Shown here: positions 59,148 to 64,000 of the stretch, piece after piece | Position numbering within the stretch: the stretch's first letter is position 1 | Layout of the letters: each line of letters begins with the position of its first letter | From: Candidatus Woesearchaeota archaeon | Lineage (GTDB): Archaea > Nanobdellota > Nanobdellia > Woesearchaeales > GW2011-AR4 | Direction of reading: 5' to 3' | Assembly (NCBI GenBank): GCA_018303505.1 | Contig: JAGVYA010000040.1 | Span: 6,809 to 70,808 of the forward strand | DNA length: 64,000 nt | Notes under the pieces: generated by a model | Database searches by the model: none | What the model saw: the letters and a program-made list of their open reading frames with translations, nothing else | What the model was told of the DNA's origin: nothing | Program-made: the position numbers and the translations under genes

Positions 59148-59666
59148 TTGGGTGATATAATGGTTGACGCAAACCTTCTTGTAACGCATGAACCTTCGCA
59201 TGCAGGAAGCGCTAAAGAGAACGTGGAAAATGCATTAAAAGCCATAAAGCAAAAAGCAAAATTTCTAAAATCCGATAGTGAGGGGGTTTTTAAGCTAAGG
59301 GTTGGGAATGCAAAGAAGATAGTCAAGAGTTTAAGCAAGCTGAAAGGCAAAAAAGCAATGTTTGAGCATACATTCCACTGGATTCCAATTGAGAAATGGA
59401 CAGCTGCAAATGTCAAGGCAATGCAAAAAGAAATAAAAAAGCTGCAGAAAGGCATAAAGAAAACTGAAAAATGGAAGATGGACCTGCACAAAAGGCATTT
59501 TGAAATGTCCTTAACAGAATTGATAATGAAATTGACAGAAGTTGTGGACAAGCCAAAGGTTGATTTGGATAATCCGCAGAAAATTATAGCAGTGCAGATT
59601 ATGGGCAAGAAGGCGGGATTGGCGCTGCTGAACAAGGACGAGATGATGACTGCAGCACATGACTAA
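59148..59666 (+). CDS. Lys-rich hypothetical protein
   Basis: The plus-strand ORF is chosen because the overlapping minus ORF is Phe/Ser-rich antisense noise. Confidence 0.4.
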   Translation: MGDIMVDANLLVTHEPSHAGSAKENVENALKAIKQKAKFLKSDSEGVFKLRVGNAKKIVKSLSKLKGKKAMFEHTFHWIPIEKWTAANVKAMQKEIKKLQKGIKKTEKWKMDLHKRHFEMSLTELIMKLTEVVDKPKVDLDNPQKIIAVQIMGKKAGLALLNKDEMMTAAHD

Positions 59667-59714
59667 ATTTAATCAAAACTTATATATACTTCTTATTTCT
59701 TAAAATCTTTTATC

Positions 59715-60182
59715 GTGGCTAAACAGAAAACCATATCAAAAGACATTCCTCTGGCAGAAATTACTTTGAGAAGGTACGAAAAGCCAGCAAACTTAAGCGA
59801 AAGGGAATTAGTAAGAAAGCTTTGCCTGTCTATTGGATTGCTGCAGCCAGGCGATTCTAGGGATGTTGTTGTAGATGTCCTTAATGTTTTGATTAAGGCA
59901 AAAAAAGAGCAAAAAAGCTGGACAAGCGATGAAATCTGCAGTCTTGTAATTGAAGAAAGAAAAAAATTAAAATTGCCAATGCTTGGCATTGCATCCTCAA
60001 ATATAAGAAGGCAATTGAAGAGATTAAAAGATTCATTACTTGTTGAAAAAAGGCTTAACGCTTACAGAATAACAGAGCATGATAATTTGAATCAAATCTT
60101 TGAAGACAAAATTGAGAAAATGTTGCTGCCAAGCATTAATTCTAGGATCAAGGAATATTTGAAGAGGATTGACGAATTGTAA
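59715..60182 (+). CDS. Hypothetical protein (155 aa)
   Basis: ORF only. Confidence 0.35.
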   Translation: MAKQKTISKDIPLAEITLRRYEKPANLSERELVRKLCLSIGLLQPGDSRDVVVDVLNVLIKAKKEQKSWTSDEICSLVIEERKKLKLPMLGIASSNIRRQLKRLKDSLLVEKRLNAYRITEHDNLNQIFEDKIEKMLLPSINSRIKEYLKRIDEL

Positions 60183-60212
60183 AAATTTAAATATAACTTA
60201 AATTTTCTGTTT

Positions 60213-60779
60213 TTGATGGATTTAGCATGGGGTGATGAAAGGACAAAGCAATTCGTTACCAATGTAGGCCTGATTACAAGCAATGGGCCTTATGGCAACA
60301 ATATAATGGCTTGTGAATGGACCCACCATGTTTCTTATGAACCTGGATTAATTGTAGTTTGTATAAGGCCAACTGATGCAACTCATGATAATATTGCGAA
60401 GACAAAAGAATTCGGAATTAGCTTGTGCGCTTCTGACCAAAATTTAATTTCAAGTATTTCTGGAGGCAATTCCGGGAAAAGTGTTGATAAGATTAAGGCT
60501 TTAAAAGAACTTGGCTTTAAATTTTTCAAGGGCAAAAAAACAAATGTATTATTAGTTGAAGGTGCTGCAGTGAATGCCGAGTGCAAATTAGTTAAAGAAA
60601 TTACACTTGGTGATCATACAACTTTTGTAGGAGAAGTGGTTGAAGCATATTCTGTTAAAGGCAAAGAACCGCTTGTCTATCATGGCCAAAGATATTGGAA
60701 GCTTGGCCCAAACATTCCAAAACCGCCACAAAATGAATTGGATAGAATAAGTAGAGTTATTGAAAGATATAAGAAGTGA
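60213..60779 (+). CDS. Flavin reductase-like (FMN-binding split-barrel) protein
   Basis: NVGLITSNGPYGNNIMACEWTHHVSYEPGLIVVCIRP resembles the flavin reductase-like domain. Confidence 0.5.
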   Translation: MMDLAWGDERTKQFVTNVGLITSNGPYGNNIMACEWTHHVSYEPGLIVVCIRPTDATHDNIAKTKEFGISLCASDQNLISSISGGNSGKSVDKIKALKELGFKFFKGKKTNVLLVEGAAVNAECKLVKEITLGDHTTFVGEVVEAYSVKGKEPLVYHGQRYWKLGPNIPKPPQNELDRISRVIERYKK

Positions 60780-60927
60780 TTTTATTTTAATAAATTAAAA
60801 TTTCATATTTTATGCTCGTCTAAAAAACGAAATATTTAAATACATGCTCAATTTTGTATTCGATAAATAAGACGGGGGTTGTTTGACATCGTCTTAACAA
60901 TGAAAAACAGAGGGAGGTAAATCTAAA

Positions 60928-61176
60928 ATGGCAGAAAAAGTAGCAAAAGTTGGGGTAAAAAAACAAGCAGGCTACCTTTATTTTGTGGATAAGAAAGGAA
61001 ATGTAGCCAGAGCCAAGATGTCAAGAGGCGGCAGAAAGAAAGGCAAAGCCAAGGTTGAATTTGTGGCTAAAGCCGGTGTAAAGAAAAAGTCCGGTTACTT
61101 GTACTTTATTGACAAGCACGGCGATATATCAGCGGCAAAGATGGCACGCGGCGGAAGAAAGAAGAGAAGAAGATAA
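60928..61176 (+). CDS. Small basic protein made of two tandem repeats of about 33 aa
   Basis: KVGVKKQAGYLYFVDKKGNVARAKMSRGGRKK and KAGVKKKSGYLYFIDKHGDISAAKMARGGRKK. A GGAGG Shine-Dalgarno sequence lies upstream. Confidence 0.5.
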   Translation: MAEKVAKVGVKKQAGYLYFVDKKGNVARAKMSRGGRKKGKAKVEFVAKAGVKKKSGYLYFIDKHGDISAAKMARGGRKKRRR

Positions 61177-61194
61177 ATTCTTTTTTTATTTTTT

Positions 61195-62115
61195 TTATTT
61201 TCTATTTTTATATTCTATAGCTAATAATTTCTTTAAGGAATAAATTGCAACTTTAATTTGCCTGTCATTAGGCTCTTTTGTAGTGATTTTTTGAAGCCAT
61301 AAGCCGGGCATTGAAACCAATTTAAACAAAAAATTTTCCTGTTTTTTGTCGCTGATTTTCAATATTTCATATGAAATGCCTGCAATCGCAGGAATCAGCA
61401 GAATCCTAACTGGAAATAAAATGCTCCGTCTGGCCCAAGCATTCAAGCTCAAAAATTGGGGATAATAATAAATAACCAGAGACGGCAATATCGAAAAAAC
61501 AAAAATGCTGATTACAAACACAATCAACAAGAAAGACGTTCCGCATCTTGGATGCAGGGTGGTGAATTTTTTAACATTTGCAGTGCTAAGCTTTTTGCCT
61601 TTTTCATAGCAATGGATCGCTTTATGCTCAGCTCCATGGTATTGAAATAATACATTTACATCCTTCATAAATGATATCGCTGCAATATAGATTAAAAAAA
61701 TTAGAATTCTTATAACGCCATCGACGAAGTTGAACAGCATTGGCTTTTCTTCCTCAGCAAATCCCAATAGATTTGTTAAAAAATAAGGCAGTGCTATGAA
61801 GAATGATATTGCAAATACGGCAGAAAGGGTTATTGCTAAAATAATATCCTTTCTTCCCATTTTTTCTTCCTTAGGAGCTGCTTGCTGAGCAGACCACATT
61901 ATTGATTTCATTCCAATAACTAACATCTCTATAAGATTAACAAATCCGCGAATAAAGGGCCATTTCAAGAAATCATATTTTTTCTTTGGAATTGCAGCTT
62001 TTTTCACTACAATTCCTTTGTTCTTTCTCACAGCCACAACATATTTGCTAGGGCCCCTAATCATTACTCCTTCAATTACTGCTTGACCGCCTACGTTGAG
62101 TTTTTTATAAGCCAT
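61195..62115 (-). CDS. DUF1385 (YqhQ-like) membrane-associated metal-dependent hydrolase
   Basis: GGQAVIEGVMIRGP and HGAEHKAIHCYE motifs. Confidence 0.6.
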   Translation of the reverse strand: MAYKKLNVGGQAVIEGVMIRGPSKYVVAVRKNKGIVVKKAAIPKKKYDFLKWPFIRGFVNLIEMLVIGMKSIMWSAQQAAPKEEKMGRKDIILAITLSAVFAISFFIALPYFLTNLLGFAEEEKPMLFNFVDGVIRILIFLIYIAAISFMKDVNVLFQYHGAEHKAIHCYEKGKKLSTANVKKFTTLHPRCGTSFLLIVFVISIFVFSILPSLVIYYYPQFLSLNAWARRSILFPVRILLIPAIAGISYEILKISDKKQENFLFKLVSMPGLWLQKITTKEPNDRQIKVAIYSLKKLLAIEYKNRK

Positions 62116-62148
62116 ATTAGATCTTTTTGTAGTTTATCGGATAATAAA

Positions 62149-62646
62149 TCAAATATCCCAAGCTTTGCTGTCGTCAACTACTAAAATGATGTCGTGTTTT
62201 GGTACGTATAAAATACACTGACTTGGGGAACTTCCATCATTAAACATTAATTGATAATGGGCATGCGGAAAATTGCGCCTGAAAACTTCAAGCACTGTCC
62301 GTCTAAGTTCTATTTCAAATTCTTTTGTCTTAGTTTTATGGTCCAGAGATAAAGCTTTCCTTATATTTGTTCCAGCTATTATGATTTCAAGATTGCCACT
62401 TTGTCCGCCATACTCACTTATAGCTGGTGAAAGCTCTTCCCTGAGCTTTTGCTGAATCTTTTTTAAAGCATCCTCCCCTCCTCCGTTATCAAAATGTCCT
62501 ATATAACCTTCTTTTCTTGTGGTATGATGGATTACATATGATGTGCAATACGTCGCCTCTGGAGAGATTCCTACATCATAGCCTTTAACTTTTGCTATAC
62601 TTGCCCTAGAAGGTATACCATTATAGACATTAATAAGATTCTCCAT
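62149..62646 (-). CDS. Hypothetical protein
   Basis: ORF only. Confidence 0.35.
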   Translation of the reverse strand: MENLINVYNGIPSRASIAKVKGYDVGISPEATYCTSYVIHHTTRKEGYIGHFDNGGGEDALKKIQQKLREELSPAISEYGGQSGNLEIIIAGTNIRKALSLDHKTKTKEFEIELRRTVLEVFRRNFPHAHYQLMFNDGSSPSQCILYVPKHDIILVVDDSKAWDI

Positions 62647-62731
62647 TTCTTCTCGAAATTAAGGGGCTTTTATAAAATTTACTACATCCTCTCCAAAACC
62701 TTTATATCTATTCAATTATTGTCCTTTAATT

Positions 62732-63184
62732 ATGAAATGCCCTTACTGCAACTATGAGGAAACACAAGTAATTGACACGAGAGAAACTGAAAACCTAGAA
62801 GCCACTAGGAGAAGAAGGGAGTGCTTGAAGTGCAACAAAAGATTCACAACTTATGAAAGGGTTGAGGGAGCTGAGATTATTGTTGTCAAAAAAGACGGCG
62901 GAAGAGAACGCTTTGAAAGGCAAAAACTGCTTAATGGCATCTTAAAGGCTTGCGAAAAAAGAAATATAAGTCTTGAAAAGATTGAAAAGCTTGTTGACGA
63001 AGTGGAGTCAGACTTGAGAAAAAGGGATTCTGTTGAAGTTGAAAGCAAAATAATTGGAGAAATAGCAATGAAAAAGCTCAAAACCTTGGATAAAGTTGCT
63101 TACATAAGATTTGCTTCTGTTTACAGGGAGTTTGAAGACTTGGAAAGGTTTGAAGAAGAACTGGAGAAGTTGCAGAAAAAATGA
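62732..63184 (+). CDS. nrdR: Transcriptional repressor NrdR (zinc ribbon + ATP-cone)
   Basis: MKCPYCNYEETQVIDTR...CLKCNKRFTTYERVE is the NrdR signature N-terminus. Length is 150 aa. Confidence 0.8.
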   Translation: MKCPYCNYEETQVIDTRETENLEATRRRRECLKCNKRFTTYERVEGAEIIVVKKDGGRERFERQKLLNGILKACEKRNISLEKIEKLVDEVESDLRKRDSVEVESKIIGEIAMKKLKTLDKVAYIRFASVYREFEDLERFEEELEKLQKK

Positions 63185-63741
63185 TCATCGGCCTCACAGG
63201 CAAAAACGCTTCCGGCAAAGGGGAAGCTGCAAATTACCTTAAATCAAAAGGATTTGTTTATTACTCGCTTTCTGATGTAATTAGGGAAGAAGCAACAAAA
63301 AGAGGAATTGGGCATTCAAGGGATAACTTGATTAATTTGGGAAATGAGTTAAGAAAAAAATTTGGCCCAGATTATTTAGCAAAGCAGATTAACATTAAAA
63401 TAAAGCAACAGCTAAAAAAGAAAAAAAACTTTGTGATTGACAGCATAAGAAGCCCGCATGAAGCAAAAGAACTGATTAAAAACAAAGGATTTATCCTTGT
63501 TGGAGTTGACGCTCCGATTGAATTGAGGTTTAAAAGGCTGCTTGAAAGAAACAGGTTGGGAGATGCGAAAACATTGGAGGAATTCAAACAACAGGAGCAA
63601 AGAGAAAATTTAAAAAGCGACACCAATCAACAACTTGATACCACATTCAGTATGGCTGAAAAGATTATTTTAAATGAAAGCTCACTAAAGGAATTGCATA
63701 AAAAGATTGATAATTTGTTAAAGGAAGTTGGGGGTAAATAA
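63181..63741 (+). CDS. P-loop kinase (dephospho-CoA kinase / nucleoside-monophosphate kinase-like)
   Basis: Walker A region GLTGKNASGKGEAA. Its start overlaps the nrdR stop (ATGA). Confidence 0.45.
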   Translation: MIIGLTGKNASGKGEAANYLKSKGFVYYSLSDVIREEATKRGIGHSRDNLINLGNELRKKFGPDYLAKQINIKIKQQLKKKKNFVIDSIRSPHEAKELIKNKGFILVGVDAPIELRFKRLLERNRLGDAKTLEEFKQQEQRENLKSDTNQQLDTTFSMAEKIILNESSLKELHKKIDNLLKEVGGK

Positions 63742-63790
63742 AAAATCCATAGAAATTAGATAAAATCAATACTCCTTCGGCAAATTTTAC

Positions 63791-63910
63791 TCGCGGCTGG
63801 TAGCTAAGCGAGCGAAAGCGAGCTTTCGCATTCCACTGCCGCGACATACATTTTAAAGATGTATAGCGAGCTGGGTTAATGCCCAGCGAGAGTAGATTTG
63901 CGAAGCATAT
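63791..63910. ncRNA. Candidate structured RNA or regulatory element: a GC-rich triple-hairpin segment in an AT-rich intergenic region
   Basis: The outer stem TCGCGGC/GCCGCGA encloses GCGAAAG-CGAG-CTTTCGC. It is followed by ATACAT-TTTAAAG-ATGTAT and GCTGGG-TTAATG-CCCAGC. The hexamer AGCGAG recurs four times. Confidence 0.3.
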
Positions 63911-63946
63911 TAAATAAAATCAAAATAATATAGAAAATAAATAAAA

Positions 63947-64000
63947 ATGACAAGAGTAAATTGGGAACCATATTTTATGAACATTGCCAAGCAGGTTGCA
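63947..64000 (+). CDS. dCMP/cytidine deaminase-family protein, N-terminal fragment; the 3' end lies outside the window
   Basis: MTRVNWEPYFMNIAKQVA matches the dCMP deaminase N-terminus (xxWDEYFMxIAxLVA). Confidence 0.45.
   Translation, partial: MTRVNWEPYFMNIAKQVA

Noticed and set aside
59120-59635. 171-aa minus-strand ORF
   Set aside because: It has Phe/Ser/Cys-rich low-complexity composition typical of the antisense of a Lys-rich gene. The plus-strand ORF 59148-59666 is preferred.
63791-63844. tRNA-like fold at the window end, with 7-bp outer stem TCGCGGC/GCCGCGA
   Set aside because: There is no T-loop (TTCRANY) or D-loop on either strand. It is treated as an unclassified structured element instead.

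Overview
The window is an AT-rich stretch of roughly 33% GC, with a few GC-richer islands, from what looks like a small archaeal genome. The closest fit is a DPANN-type archaeon such as the Woesearchaeota or Pacearchaeota. The evidence is an archaeal information-processing core: aCPSF1/FttA, proteasome beta subunit, family-B DNA polymerase, TrmB regulator, ribosomal protein S3Ae, Bud32 kinase, archaeal-type ProRS, HisRS and IleRS, and intron-containing tRNAs. BRE/TATA promoters of the form AAACCTTTATAAAC sit about 22 nt upstream of ATG start codons.

Several genes look bacterial: GyrB, FabI, NrdR, phosphofructokinase and an SLT-like lytic transglycosylase domain.

Layout of the window:
- 1-12.9 kb: a purine-biosynthesis supercluster (purL', purQ, a tandem purS, purE, purC, a wHTH-purB fusion, purM) interrupted by pfk, an IMPase gene, a VIT transporter and fabI.
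- 12.9-17.8 kb: an accessory patch with a paralogous pair of 2-TM proteins, a PhoU-like regulator, and an AT-rich two-gene island flanked by 15-bp direct repeats.
- 18-28 kb: gyrB, rpS3Ae, an IMPase-family gene, a tRNA with two introns, bud32, a HAD hydrolase, then tRNA-His, a LOG-like gene, a lone hisG and hisS, followed by vapBC.
- 28.8-38 kb: a minus-strand surface-polysaccharide locus that resembles bacterial PNAG (PgaC/PgaB) systems. It holds a processive GT2 synthase with a QxxRW motif, a giant secreted protein with a CE4 deacetylase domain, an SLT-like protein, a GNAT-DegT fusion, WbqC and an LmbE deacetylase.
- 39-48 kb: aCPSF1, proteasome beta, TrmB, PRPP synthase, and ProRS next to tRNA-Pro(CGG), which carries a highly structured intron of about 130 nt.
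- 48-64 kb: large secreted proteins, PolB, IleRS, a second vapBC, nrdR with a kinase, a GC-rich structured element and the start of a dCMP deaminase gene.

The most notable signals are:
- a roughly 125-bp intergenic element present twice (10.70 kb and 52.02 kb) with compensatory base changes in two hairpins and a perfect GAGCATGCTC palindrome;
- the direct-repeat-flanked two-gene island;
- three tRNA genes with non-canonical or large introns, two of them adjacent to their cognate aaRS genes;
- three single-nucleotide-deletion frameshifts (IMPase, bud32, HAD hydrolase);
- the PNAG-like locus.

No CRISPR array, rRNA gene or recognisable transposase was found.
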